A stretch of 64,000 nt of DNA from contig OX597843.1 of the NCBI GenBank assembly GCA_951406725.2, positions 15,872,001 to 15,936,000 on the forward strand. Direction: 5' to 3'. Below, piece by piece: positions 12,495 to 27,168 of the stretch. Numbering within the stretch: the first letter of the stretch is position 1; every line of letters starts with the position of its first letter. Made by a program: the position numbers and the translations under genes. The stretch is from Octopus vulgaris (Eukaryota). The notes under the pieces are model-generated. The model was not told where the DNA came from. It worked only from the letters and a program-made list of their open reading frames with translations, and made no database searches.

Positions 12495-13013
12495 TTACTC
12501 TTTTCTCTTTTACTCTTTTACTTGTTTCAGTCATTTGACTGCGGCCATGCTGGAGCACCGCCTTTAGTCAAGCAAATCGACCCTGGGACTTATTCTTTGT
12601 AAGCCCAGTACTTATTCTATCTATCTCTTTTACTCTTTACTCTTTTACTCTTTTACTTGTTTCAGTCATTTGACTGCGGCCATGCTGGAGCACCGCCTTT
12701 AGTCGAGCAAATCAACCCCGGGACTTATTCTTTGTTAGCCCAGTACTTATTCTATCTATCTCTTTTACTCTCGGTTGTTACGCAATGCTAGGGGGACAAA
12801 CACAGACACGCAAACACACACACACACATATATATATATATACATATATATGACGGGCTTCTTTCAGTTTCCGTCTACCAAATCCACTCACAAGGCTTTG
12901 GTCGGCCCGAGGCTATAGTAGAAGACACTTGCCCAAGGTGCCATGCAGTGAGACTGAACCCGGAACCATGTGGTTGGTAAACAAGCTACTTACCACACAG
13001 CCACTCCTGCGCC
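12495..13013 (-). mobile_element. SINE family 1, composite copy with duplicated tail segment (duplication junction)
   Basis: Tail segment is repeated twice (12495-12625, 12630-12765) and joined to a head nearly identical to 2477-2717. Confidence 0.85.
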
Positions 13014-13182
13014 TGTTAATATTTATGTTGTAAATACCAGATTAATGATGGCAGTTACTTTGATTGATTCTTCATCCTTTTCAAAAATTAATTGAAACAA
13101 AAGCAGAATGTTTCAACAGGAATATGGTAAGGAAACGGTTAACAAATGTTGAGCAAGACAAGTGACATGGAAATGCTATTAA

Positions 13183-13647
13183 CCCTTTCATTACTGTATT
13201 TCTGTTGAGATGCTCTGTGTTTCTTTCAATTACTTTAAATATAACAAAGAATTTAGTAAAATAACTTAGTTATCATTCAGCAAGTGTTAGGAATATAAAT
13301 TGTGACTAAGGTTTGGTGGAAGATTTTAATTCAAAACTTATGAAAACAAGACATTTGTACTACAGAGCCAGGGGCAGTTTGAGCCGAGTTGGTATTAAAA
13401 GGGTTAAAAATATTATGGTGACATTAACCCTTTCGTTACTGTATTTCTGTTGAGATGCTCCGTGTTTCTTTCAATTACTTTAAATATAACAAAGAATTTA
13501 GTAAAATAACTTAATTATCATTAAGCTAGTGTTGGGAACATAAATTGTGACTAAGATTTGGTGGAAGATTTTAATTCAAAACTTATGAAAACAAGACATT
13601 TGTACTCAGAGCCAGAGCCGGTTTCAGCCGGGTTGGTAACGAAAGGG
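13183..13647. mobile_element. Duplicate pair of piggyBac-like MITEs (13183-13403, 13428-13647)
   Basis: Near-identical to 2886-3350. Confidence 0.85.
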
Positions 13648-13751
13648 TTAAGGGAACCCATTGAATGTAGAGAATGCATGGGATAAACAGGGACCACCTC
13701 ATGCTGACCCTACAAGCGGAACAACAATTCAAGTTGATATTAGAGTCACCC

Positions 13752-13993
13752 TCAAGTATAAGCTGCACCCAGGTATAAGTTGCATTTGAGTATAAGCCAC
13801 ACTTGTGTATAATTTGTCACTGGAGTACAATTTGCACCTGAGTATAAGTCACACTGGAGTATAAGTCTCACTGAAGTATTTCTCACTGGAGTATAAGTCG
13901 CTCTGGAGTATAAGTCACACTGGAGTATAAGTCGCTCTGGAGTATAAGTCACACTGGAGTATAAGTCACACTGGAATATAAGTCGCTCTGGAG
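13752..13993. repeat. 17-bp minisatellite, ~14 units
   Basis: Paralogue of 312-738. Confidence 0.95.
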
Positions 13994-14978
13994 TTTAAAA
14001 GTGTTTAATTACGTGGAAATTATTTTAAAAAACTGCCGTTCAAACCGAAAAGATCTTAAACCTAATCTGTTTCTTAAATGAGGGACATATTCATACGGCA
14101 CAGAATGTGTTTTTTTTACCTCAATAGAGGTCATTGATTGGTTGAAATTGCAGAAATTGAAGAAAAAAACCAGCAAATATCTTACAAACTATAGAATTTT
14201 CTCAATAAAGCCAAGAGAAAAAGATGTTTTATAAACACATTCTACCAGTATACGAAGTTCAAAAGTGTTTAGTTATGTGGAAATTATTTTAAAAAACTGC
14301 CGTTCAAACCGAAAAGATCCCATTGTTAGGTTTGTGTGTGTGAGTGCGTATTATTAATTCATTCATGTCTCTTCTGATTTTGTGTACATATACACACATA
14401 AATATGTGTGTGTGTACACGTGCACCCTTCTGTTTTGCGTGCCCTAGACATTCAAAAACCGTTGCAAGATAAATGGCTCTCAATTTCACGCTACAAATAT
14501 GCGTTTACACATATATTTGTGAGTAAATTGCATATTTGCGTGCAATCGTGGTCTTTTTTCCCTCTCAAAAATGCTTTTCAACAATGCAGGAATGACACGT
14601 GTTAAACTTGGTGTAAATATTTAAGGTTAATTCAAGAAATTCCCACAGCCGTGGTTGATCTTCACACAAAGGAAAAAAAAAAACCATACAAAGAAACGAT
14701 TTTCATTTGCATAAAGAAAAAAAAACAAAACAATGTCACTAGAAACGTTGAGTCGCTAATACTACTTAAGATGTTGTTATTCCTATTGTTGGAGTAGAAG
14801 TAGTTGTTGTTGTTTTTGGTGGTGGTGGTGGTGGTGGTGGTGGTGGTGGTGGTGGTGGTGGTGGTGGTGGTGGTTGTGGTGGTCATACTTTGAGGTAAAC
14901 AATACTACCACTGATGGCGGTGTTTTATTCAGAACTACTACAACTACTACTACTACTTGTTCTTCTTCTTTCTTTCCT

Positions 14979-15031
<53 letters not shown>

Positions 15032-16630
15032 TTTCTTTCTTTCTTTCTCCTTCTCCTTCTCCTTCTTTCTTCTCCTTTCTTTCTTTCTTCTCATTCTTCC
15101 TCTTCTTCTCCTCCTTCTCCTTTCTTCTTCTTCCTCTTCTTCTTCTTCTCCTTCTCCTTCTCCTCCTCCTCCCCCTTCCTCTTCTTGAGTGGGAGACCAG
15201 CGCATGCCGTCAAAGTTATTGTTGTTGTCACATGTATGACCAGGTGAGCCGACCGACCGACCGACGGCCAAGTTCCAACGTGAAGATCACTTGACTGTAT
15301 TTCTCTTGGAAAGGAAGGGCAGACACGTTTTCTGACACTGGTTTTCTGGCAATAATAAAAGAAAGCATAATGCGGACACATTTGTGAGGACTGCCGACGG
15401 GGCTTTCCCCACCCACCCCTCTCTGCCTCTCAGTAACGTTGCCAGGTGCTCCCCAAAGGGAGGATTTCCGTCTTGTATATTTGTTAAAAGTTGGGTAAAT
15501 ATAGTGAGTATGGCCGAGGTTAATTTAGTCTGGTCTGAATATGGGATTGTAGGACAGAGATAAGGGCAAAGGGAAGACCCTTGCTATTGACAGTCTAAGT
15601 TATCTGAGATATCTGTAGGGGTCCCTTTTGGGGCCTATGGTAGATGTCCTCCTTAGAGTGACTCTCTTTACTCTTTTATTCTTTAATTTGTTTCAGTCAT
15701 TTGACTGCGGCCATGCTGGAGCACCGCCTTTAGTCGAGCAACTCGACCCTGGGACTTATTCTTTGTAAGCCCAGTACTTATTCTATCGTTCTCTTTTGCC
15801 GAACCGCTAGGTAACGGGGACATAAACACACCAGCATCGGTTGTTACGCAATGCTAGGGGGACAAACACAGACACACAAACACTATATATTTTCTTATCT
15901 TCTTTTTTACCATTTCACTGGTTGCATTTGTAGGCCTGTGGCCATACTGGAGCAGCTCCTTCAAAAGCTTTTTGTTTGATCGTATCAAGCCCAGCACCTT
16001 TTTTTTTTATCCAGTTGAGGCTGTATTGCTAGGAAGCTTGCTTACCAACCACTTGGTTCCGGGTTCAGTTCCACTGCACAGCACCTTGGGCAAGTGTCTT
16101 CTACTATATCCCAGTGCCAACCAAAGCCTTGTGAATAGACTTAATATATGGAAACTGAAAGAAGCCTGCCACATGTGTATCTTTGTGCACCCTTGTTTAG
16201 ATATCTGGAGGTCCATAGCTTAGTGGTTAGGGGTGTTGGACTCATGTTCATAAGATTGTGGTTTCAACTCCTGGGCTGGGCTAGGCATTATGTTCTGGAG
16301 CAAAACTCTTCATTTCCATTGCTTCAGTCTATTCAGCTGGATGAGTATTCCTGTGACGGACCAGCATCCTATCCAGTTGGGAGTATATAGAGCAGAGAAT
16401 CAGGGAAACTGGCCCTCTGAATCTACATCACTTGCGAATGAGCTTCTCTAGACATCATGTGATGGTTGTAAACAAGCATCTCTGTCATATAAGCGGGGTA
16501 CCGGTCTTCTGTCTGGCCACGCAAATATTTCCTTATTTGGAAACAGTGGCAGGCTGGTGACAGGCGGGGAAACATCTGGCTTCAGACAATCTTCAATGAA
16601 TCTAATATTACTCCTGCAAGATAAAACATA

Positions 16631-16802
16631 GGTGCAGGAGTGGCTGTGTGGTAAGTAACTTGTTTACCAAGCACATGGTTCCAGGTTCAGTCCCACTGCA
16701 TGGCACCTCTTGGCAAGTGTCTTCTACTATAGCCTCGGGCCGACCAAAGCCTTGTGAGTGGATTTGGTAGTCGGAAACTGAAAGAAGCCCGTCTTATATA
16801 TG

Positions 16803-16841
<39 letters not shown>

Positions 16842-16992
16842 TATGTCCCCATTACTTAGCGGTTCAGCAAAAAGAGACCGATAGAATAAGTACTGGGCTT
16901 ACAAAAGAATAAGTTCCGGGGTCGAGTTGCTTGATTAAAGACGGTGCTCCAGCATGGCCGCAGTCAAATGACTGAAACAAGTAAGAGTAAGT
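16631..16992 (+). mobile_element. SINE family 1
   Basis: Head, internal microsatellite and tail present, with an internal deletion. Confidence 0.88.
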
Positions 16993-17541
16993 AAATTGAA
17001 CTGGAAGAATACCAAGCAAAATGCTTAACAGCATTCGGTTCATCCTTCTGTTCTGAGTTCAAACCCTACCATGGTCAACTTTGTCTTTTATCCTTTTGGG
17101 GTCAATAAAACAAGTACCGTGGGTGGTCGATGTATACTCGATGTAGATTGACTTTGCTCCAAAATTGCTGGCTTTGTGCCACAATTTAAAAACAATATTA
17201 TTCATGCGAGCATGATAATGTATGAGGTGTGTTAAAAAGTATCCCTTGGGTGGGAAGTGGTGCCATCCCCTTCCTGCGCATGCATGGAGACTGTAACAGG
17301 ATCAGTTTCGGTATCACTGGAGGGGTGTCCGATCTGATCCCGTCACATTCAATTTAGGTAGAATAACAGACAAGTCAGGCGATCTACGAACACAGCAAAA
17401 TGGTTGTTTATTTCTCGTCGTAATGTAGAACTGGTGTACGTGTTCTCTGGAGGGAAACCGACAGCCGAATCTGCAGTACTGATTACTCGCTTTCTTGTTT
17501 GTTAGTCGAAATGATTCATCGTGGTTCGCTGCTTGGTTGGT

Positions 17542-18100
17542 ATGAAGTCCTCTGGAAAAGACTTTCTAACTAGAAAGGGTATGGCCTGGTCAGCCTGTAA
17601 TGACATGCATAAGATCTGGTCATCAAATCTAAGTAGAGACTTCAAACTTGAAATATTCAAAGCCACAGTCGAACCAATTCTACTATATGGCTCAGAAACC
17701 TGGACGTTATCAAAGAAGCTTGAGAGGCGGTTGGATGGAACCACACTCGCCTCCTTATGAGAGCTCAAAATCTCTCGTGGAAGCGCCATCCAACCAAAAT
17801 GCAAATATATGGGAAACTACCACCTGTGTCATCTCTTGTGAAAGGTAGGAGAGTCCAGTTTGCTGGACATTGTTGTAGAGCTGAAAAAGAAGTAATTTCT
17901 ACTCTTCTCCTCTGGAAGCCATCTACTCGCAGTACCAGAGGGCGCACACTCTCCTACCCTGATGTAATCTCCAGGGATACAGGCATCCAGCAACAGGACC
18001 TCTGTAATGCTATAATGGACCGTGAAGTCTGGCGTAACATAGTAAATTCCATTGTCTCGACCACGGTCGAACAATGATGAATGATGATGATGAAGTCCTC
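17542..18100 (+). mobile_element. 5'-truncated LINE of a second RTE-group family with (TGA)n tail and ~11-bp TSD
   Basis: Encodes AWSACNDMHKIW...ILLYGSETWTL...RRVQFAGHC...RGRTLSY...DREVWR. ATGAAGTCCTC occurs at both ends (17542, 18090). Confidence 0.8.
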
Positions 18101-18377
18101 AGAGAGACTGCCAATACACGTCCATTCACGGGTGCTGCCAGAGCCAGAAAAGGATGAGTGAGCGAACCGCGTTTTAGGGGTCAGTTTCCCGCACATGCGC
18201 ATGGGGGAAGACTTCCGGTGGCCAACCGGAAGTAATCCCATTCTGTGCATGTGCGCTGAACTCTACACAGCAGCATCACTACAAGACTTTCATACCAATA
18301 GGCCACTTCAGTTCCTGGCTGTTTATGCCTAGAGTACAAACATGAAGGATGCTCTCATCAGATTTTTTTTTTCACGC

Positions 18378-19015
18378 AAGATCATCATTATCATCATCAT
18401 CGTTTAACGTCCGTTCTCCATGCTGGCATGGGTTGGACGGTTCGACCGGGGATCAGGGAAGCCAGGAGGCTGCACCAGGCTCCAGTCTTATCTGGCAGTG
18501 TTTCTACAGCTGGATGCCCTTCCCGCCAACCACTCCGTGAGTGTAGTGGGTGCTTTTTACGTGCCACCTGCACAGGTGCCAGACGAGGCTGGCAATGGCC
18601 ACGGTCAGATTGGTGCATTTTATGTGCCACCAGCATGGAAGCCAGTCGAGGCGGCGCTGGCGTCGGCCACAATTCGGATAGTGCTTTTTACGTACCACCA
18701 GTCCAGGGGTCCTGGCATCTGCCGGGTGCCAGTCATAGGATTGGTTCAATTTCGATTCCGATTTCGATTTCGATTTCACTTGCCCCAACAGGTCTTCGCA
18801 AGCAGAGAAGGGGGGTTGGCATGGGTGCCTGTCGTCGGATGAGGTTCGATTTCAACTTCGCTTGCCTCAACTGGTCTTCGTGTGTCCAAGGGAGGAAAGG
18901 CATGCATAAGTGGGCTGGACTCACTTGTCCTGCCTGGTCTTCTCACGTACAGCATATTTCCAAAGGTCTCGGTCGCTGGTCATTTCCTCAGTGAGGCCTA
19001 AAGTTCGAAGGTCAT
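18378..19015 (-). mobile_element. RTE LINE 3' end with 3' UTR (inverted duplicate of 7738-8362)
   Basis: Reverse complement of 7738-8362. Confidence 0.8.
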
Positions 19016-19227
19016 AACTGAACATATTGAGGAGAGACTATGAACCCCTGTCTTGTCACCAGCGACGAGGTTTTTCTTGAAGTCTGGGTCATTGTTTGCA
19101 TAGACCAGCATGTCCCGAGTGAATTCTATGTGGAGTTGTAGGAAGGGTAGCATTACATCTCATCCAAAGGGATTTGTCCAAAGGGCATTAGTTTTGCAAG
19201 GAAAAAAAACGAATGCATCTCATATAT

Positions 19228-19435
19228 ACTCTTTTACTTGTTTCAGTCATTTGACTGTGGCCATGCTGGAGCACCACCTTTAGTTGAGCAAATCAACCCC
19301 AGGACTTATTCTTTGCAAGCCTACTACTTATTCTATCGATCTCTTTTGCCGAACCGCTAAGTTATGGGGACGTAAACACACCAGCATCGGTTGTCAAGCA
19401 ATGTTAGGGGGACAAACACAGATGCACAAACATAT

Positions 19436-19480
<45 letters not shown>

Positions 19481-19645
19481 TCCGACAGGCTTCTTTCAGT
19501 TTCCGTCTACCAAATCTACTCACAAAGCATTGGTCGGCCCGAGGCTATAGCAGAAGACACTTGCCCAAGGTGCCATGCTGTGGGACTGAACCCGGAACCA
19601 TGTGGTTGGTAAGCAAGCTACTTACCACACAGCCACTCCTACGCC
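19228..19645 (-). mobile_element. SINE family 1
   Basis: Full-length match. Confidence 0.9.
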
Positions 19646-19929
19646 TTTTTATCAAAACTTATTAAGCCTTTAAGTGCAAAATTAAATTTAATAGTTGTTT
19701 CACAAATGATATTAAATATTTATCACAAAATAGAATTGGCATTGTCTGTAACTCACACTGCCCCAAGAAACTTGACAATTGGTACAGGTGAGACTGTACA
19801 GGAACCATGCAATATCAGACTGGAATCTGGTGCAGCCACTCACTCAGCTTGCCATCCCTGGTCAAACCGTCAAACCCATGCAAGCATGGACAATGGATGT
19901 TAAGTGATGATGATGATGATAATGATATT

Positions 19930-20345
19930 CTTTTACTCTTTTACTTGTTTCAGTCATTTGACTGCGGCCGTGCTGGAGCACCTCCTTTAATCGAGCAACT
20001 TGAACCCGGGACTTATACTTTTGTAAGCCCAGTACTTATTCTATTGGTCTCTTTTGCCGAACCGCTAAGTGACGGGGACATAAACACACCAGCATCGGTT
20101 GTCAAGCAATGCTAGGGGGACAAACACAGACACACAAACATATACACACACATACATATATATATATATGTATATATACACATATATACGACAGGCTTCT
20201 TTCAGTTTCCGTCTACCAAATCCACTCACAAGGCATTGGTCGGCCCGGGGCTATAGCAGAAGACACTTGCCCAAGGTGCCACGCAGTGGGACTGAACCTG
20301 GAACCATGCAGTTGGTTAGCAAGCTACTTACCACACAGTCACACC
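19930..20345 (-). mobile_element. SINE family 1
   Basis: Full-length match. Confidence 0.9.
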
Positions 20346-20881
20346 TGTACCATATTTACCCAACTTTTAACAAATTCGCTACAGGGCAGAAATTCCATGT
20401 CCGGTATTACATATCTTCCAAGGCAGAAAAAAAGCTCCATTGCCAATCCTTTTAAACGTGTCCATAATATGCTTTATTTTTTTTTCACCATAGCCACCAG
20501 TGTCAGAAAACGTGTCTGTTCTTCCCGTCTAAAAGTATACAGTGGAGTGATCTTCACGTTGGACTTGACCGTCAACCAGCTTGATCAGACACGTGATTGT
20601 TATTATCATTATTATTATTATTACTATTGTTATTATATATAACACACCACAACCACCAGCAGTAAAAGTGTTAACACCACCACCACCACCACTATTAGTT
20701 TCCCAAACATTTCTAGTAAAATTGCTTTTCACTTTACTAATTTTTCACTTTACTTATTTGTGTGAATTGTTTTATTGTTTGTTGACAATCAACCGTTTCT
20801 GTGAGAGAATCTTTAATTAACCTTTGGTAATTATAGTAAGTTTCGTGTGTATTATTCAATGCATAAAGCATAGACACATGC

Positions 20882-20931
<50 letters not shown>

Positions 20932-21142
20932 TTATGGAAAAAGTAAAACCAAATATCTTAAAATATTTTTAAATGTCTCAGGTAAAAAAAAAAAATGAGG
21001 ATCTATATATATACCCAAATCTTCATTTTTGATGACTCAAATATATAGAAAACTGGGGTATATATACTGTTTATTTGGAAAATGGCCAATAGGTTACTTT
21101 CACTGAAACATTTGCTGAAACATAGAATCCAAAGAATAGACT

Positions 21143-21190
<48 letters not shown>

Positions 21191-21279
21191 TTATAATAAA
21201 AGGTTAATTGCAACAAGTTGCTAAAAAAAACTACTAGGTGAAATTTATTAATTTCATTAAATTAATTATATTTCACCCT

Positions 21280-21280
21280 T

Positions 21281-21333
<53 letters not shown>

Positions 21334-21347
21334 GTATATATAGATAC

Positions 21348-21444
<97 letters not shown>

Positions 21445-21449
21445 CATAC

Positions 21450-21495
<46 letters not shown>

Positions 21496-21523
21496 ATATT
21501 TATATATATACATATATATATAC

Positions 21524-21574
<51 letters not shown>

Positions 21575-21575
21575 C
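21280..21575. repeat. Compound (TA)n/(TACA)n microsatellite; expanded and duplicated paralogue at 26545-27168
   Basis: Directly visible; source of the spurious YI-repeat ORFs. Confidence 0.97.
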
Positions 21576-21771
21576 CGGAGTAAGCACATAAATGTGAAAC
21601 AAGGTGGAGAAAAGAGTACTCAAATACCAGGGGTAGAGTAATATGCTTTATTTAAAAGCAGCAGAAATTCAACAAAATCTGTTACTGAATTTTAACAAAA
21701 CTGTCCAACAAACAGGAACGTGAAACTCTGAGTAACAGGTTTTGTTGAATTTCTGCTGCTTTTAAAATAAA

Positions 21772-21827
<56 letters not shown>

Positions 21828-24750
21828 TTGAGGTATAGCAAAGAACACAGGTACAAGATTTTCCGGGCAGGGAACACTGATGGGGTTGGTGGCGTGGGTA
21901 TACTTATCCCTGAAAAATGGGTAGATAAAGTAATTGAGGCAATCAGAGTATGTGACAGAATACTTAAGATTAGATTAGTGCTTCATCATGGATTAGCGAC
22001 CATTATATCGGCCTATGCTCCTCAGCCGGGGCTACCCGATGGACAAAAAGACAGTTTCTATGACACTCTACTGCAGACTACCTCGTTGACGAACGACAGA
22101 GACCTTCTCTTTGTGGCTGGTGACTTCAACGGTCACATTGGACGACATGCTGGGGGCTTCCATGGTGTACATGGAGGCTATGGTTATGGTTCCCGCAATG
22201 AGGAGGAAACCAGGCTGCTGGAGTTCTGCGATGCAAATGATCTTATGGTCTGCAACACTAACTTCAGGAAACCTACCAGCCACCTAGTTACTTACCGATC
22301 GGGCCAACATACCAGCCAAATTGACTACATCCTTGCAAGGCAAAGGGAGAGATGGCTGCTTATAAATGCCAAAACCTTCCCAGGTGAAGAATGTACCCCA
22401 CAACATAGACTGGTAGTTAGTGACTTTAGGATCAGGACTAAGAGGATGACCAGAAGACGACCAACATGGAGAAGAAGGATCTGGAAGCTTAAAGATCCTG
22501 TGAATGGACAGAGATTTAGGGACATATTACTTGAAGCCTTTGACGAAGTAGAAGGGGATAGAGCATCACATGGGGTAGAAGACATCTGGACGTTTCTAAG
22601 GGACAACCTACTGAAAGCCACTGACCAGATCTGTGGCTGGTGCAAAGTCCCCTCTCAACCCAAAATAACATGGTGGTGGAACAATGTTGTAGACAGGGCT
22701 ATTAGAGAAAAGAGACAGGCCTGGAAGGACTGGAAGAATGGTGGTAGCAGGGAATTGTATCAGACTGCCAAAAGGGAAGCTAGGAGACAGGTTTATTTAG
22801 CCAGAGGGGAAGCAGATAAGAAAACATTTGTCAATGTTCTGCGCAGTGAGGACCAAAGACTTGAGGTATTTCGTGTTGCAAGACAGTGTGTGAGAGAGAA
22901 TCGTGATGTGGTAGGAGAGAAGTGTGTTCGCATGGAAGATGGTTCACTTGCGCTAAATGAGGATGCAAAGAGAGAGGTTTGGAGACGTCACTATGAAAGG
23001 TTGCTGAATAAAGAAAATGAATGGGATAAAGTGAGTCTGCTGAATGTCGACCCAACAGAGGGACCAGCTATCCGAGTTGACAGTTCCTTGGTAGTTAAGG
23101 CAATTAGAAGCATGAAGACAGGGAAAGCCTCAGGCACATCAGGAATCACTGCAGAGATGCTCAAAATATCTGGTAGTGTCGGCTATAGCTTAGTCACCCG
23201 TATAGTTAATCAGGTGATACACGAAGGAGTCATACCCAATGACTGGTGTAGCAGCATACTAGTCAACTGCTACAAAGGTAAAGGAGACACCCTTGATACA
23301 AATAATTACAGAGGTATCAAGCTGTTGGATCAGGTAATGAAGGTTACGGAGAGGGTCATAGCCCAACTAATTAGAGAGAGAGTTAGTTTAGATGAGATGC
23401 AGTTTGGGTTTGTGCCAGGGAAAAGTACCACTGATGCTATATTCCTGGTAAGGCAGCTGCAGGAGAAATACCTAGCCAAAGATAAGCCCCTCTACCTGGC
23501 TTTTGTTGACATAGAGAAAGCCTTCGACAGGGTCCCCCGATCCCTTATCTGGTGGTCAATGAGGAAACTAGGGATATATGAATGGTTAGTGAGAGCTGCG
23601 CGAGCCATGTACAGGGACGCCACTAGTAAGGTGAGGGTTGGCAATGAGTACAGTGAAGAATTCCGAGTAGAGGTAGGGGTCCACCAAGGCTCAGTCGTCA
23701 GCCCCTCCTATTTATCATAGTCCTCCAGGCAATAACGGAGGAATTCAAGACAGGACGTCCCTGGGAGCTCCTCTATGCTGATGACCTTGCTCTAATTGCT
23801 GAGTCACTATCAGAACTGGAGGAGAAATTTCAGGTGTGGAAGCAAGGATTAGAATCGAAGGGCGTTAGAGTCAATCTAGCTAAAACCAAAGTCCTAATAA
23901 GTAGGAAGGTAGACAAATCACAAACGTCTTCAGGTAGATGGCCCTGCTCGATCTGTAGAGAAACGGTGTAGGTAGAAACTCTATAAGATGTACCAAGTGT
24001 AAGCTATGGACACATAAGAGGTGCAGCAATGTTAAAGGAAGGCTAACTGGGAAGATAGTTTTTGTATGTGGCAGATGCTCAGGAGCAATAAACACTGAAA
24101 ATGCTCTGAGACCAACTTCTGCCACATTCCAGGGAGAAAAACTAGAAATAGTTGATAGCTTCCGTTACCTAGGTGACCAAGTCAGTAGCGGGGGCAGGTG
24201 TGCTGAAAGTGTAACTGCTAGAGTAAGAATAGCTTGGGCAAAGTTCAGAGAGCTCTTACCTCTGCTGGTGACAAAAGGCCTCTCGCTCAGAGTAAAAGGC
24301 AGACTGTATGATGCGTGTGTACGAACAGCCATGCTACATGGCAGTGAAACATGGGCCGTGACTGCTGAGGATATGCGTAAGCTTGCAAGAAATGAAGCCA
24401 GTAAGCTCCGATGGATGTGTAATGTCAGTGTTCACACTCAACAGAGTGTAAGTACCTTGGGAGAAAAGCTGGACCTAAGAAGCATCAGTTGTGGTGTGCA
24501 AGAGAGACGTCTGCGCTGGTATGGTCATGTGACGAGAATGGATGAAGGTAGTTGTGTGAAAAGTGCCATACCCTAGCAATTGAGGGAATCTGTGGAAGAG
24601 GTAGACCCAGGAAGACCTGAGATGAAGTGGTGAAGCACGACCTTCGAACTTTAGGTCTCACTGAGGAAATGACTAGAGACTGAGACCTATGGAAGTATGC
24701 TGTGCGTGAGAAGACCCGGCAAGACTAGTGAGACCATAACCCGTGGCCTA
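21828..24750 (+). mobile_element. Second copy of the same RTE LINE, frameshifted
   Basis: 630-aa ORF 21828-23720 nearly identical to the 27406 copy. Frameshifts near 23705, 23958 and 24560. Same 5' junction and same 3' flank. Confidence 0.95.
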
Positions 24751-25194
24751 CACCTGGTATGTAAAGCTCGACAAAATGCTGTTAAGCATTTAGTTCAGTA
24801 TACTGGTGATTCTGCCGAAAGTAGTATTTAGTGTCCTAACAAAACATCCATTTTTAATTTGGATATAACGATTACTGTTTGGCACTAATACTACTGTTGT
24901 TCCTCATAATTAAAGGGAGGCTGGCATATCTGGATCATTAAACCTATTGGTCATGCTGTGACAGTAGTTTAAATTGGGGTGCCTGTCACCATGGAGACAA
25001 GCAGTGAGAAAACATTTTCAATAAATTTGGAAACGTGTTTGACATATGTCAAAGTAACTAAAAACCTACAAAACACGTGCCACAATATAGGCCAATACAT
25101 TGCATGAATATCTGAGGCAATTACAATGGAATGACAAAAACGAACAGAATATATGTATGTGTGTATGAATGTATCTATCTATCTATCTATCTCT

Positions 25195-25603
25195 TTTACT
25201 CTTTTCTCTTTTACTCTTTTACTTGTTTCAGTCATTTGACTGCGGCCATGCTGGAGCACCGCCTTTAGTCAAGCAAATCAACCCCGGGACTTATTCTTTT
25301 GTAAGCCCAGTACTTATTCTATTGGTCTCTTTTGCCAAACCGCTAAGTGACGGGGACGTAAACACACCAGCATCGGTTGTCAAGCAATGCTAGAGGGACA
25401 AACACAGATACACAAACACACATATATATATACATATATACGACAGGCTTCTTTCAGTTTCCGTCTACCAAATCCACTCACAAGGCATTGGTCCGCCCGG
25501 GGCTATAGCAGAAGACACTTGCCCAAGATGCCACGCAGTGGGAGTGAACCCGGAACCATGCGGTTGGTTAGCAAGCTACTTACCACACAGTCACTCCTGC
25601 GCC
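25195..25603 (-). mobile_element. SINE family 1 (tandem-duplication junction)
   Basis: Full-length match; lies between the two RTE-containing repeat units. Confidence 0.9.
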
Positions 25604-26152
25604 TGTACAGTCACACCTGTACCAATATTACCCAACTTTTAACAAATTCACTACAGGGCAGAAATTCCATGTCCGGTATTATATATCTTCCAAGGCAGAA
25701 AAAAAGCTCCATTGCCAATCCTTTTAAACGTGTCCATAATATGCTTTATTTTTTTTTACCATAGCCACCAGTGTCAGAAAACGTGTCTGTTCTTCCCGTC
25801 TAAAAGTATACAGTGGAGTGATCTTCACGTTGGACTTGACCGTCAACCAGCTTGATCAGACACGTGATTGTTATTATCATTATTATTATTATTACTATTG
25901 TTATTATATATAACACACCACACCCACCAGCAGTAAAAGTGTTAACACCACCACCACCACCACTATTAGTTTCCCAAACATTTCTAGTAAAATTGCTTTT
26001 CACTTTACTAATTTTTCACTTTACTTATTTGTGTGATTTGTTTTATTGTTTGTTGACAATCAACCGTTTCTGTGAGAGAATCTTTAATTAACCTTTGGTA
26101 ATTATAGTAAGTTTCGTGTGTATTATTCAATGCATAAAGCATAGACACATGC

Positions 26153-26200
<48 letters not shown>

Positions 26201-26409
26201 TTATGGAAAAAGTAAAACCAAATATCTTAAAATATTTTTAAATGTCTCAGGTAAAAAAAAAATGAGGATCTATATATATACCCAAATCTTCATTTTTGAT
26301 GACTCAAATATATAGAAAACTGGGGTATATATACTGTTTATTTGGAAAATGGCCAATAGGTTACTTTCACTGAAACATTTGCTGAAACATAGAATCCAAA
26401 GAATAGACT

Positions 26410-26459
<50 letters not shown>

Positions 26460-26546
26460 TAATAAAAGGTTAATTGCAACAAGTTGCTAAAAAAAACTAC
26501 TAGGTGAAATTTATTAATTTCATTAAATTAATTATATTTCACCCTT

Positions 26547-26587
<41 letters not shown>

Positions 26588-26601
26588 GTATATATACATA
26601 C

Positions 26602-26638
<37 letters not shown>

Positions 26639-26641
26639 CAT

Positions 26642-26758
<117 letters not shown>

Positions 26759-26771
26759 CATATATATATAC

Positions 26772-26813
<42 letters not shown>

Positions 26814-26866
26814 TGATCAAAATAAAAATAAAAACATGAGGCGAAGGATTCAGCGGTACATATGTT

Positions 26867-26918
<52 letters not shown>

Positions 26919-26941
26919 TATGTATATGTATATATAGATAC

Positions 26942-27104
<163 letters not shown>

Positions 27105-27117
27105 CATATATATATAC

Positions 27118-27168
<51 letters not shown>

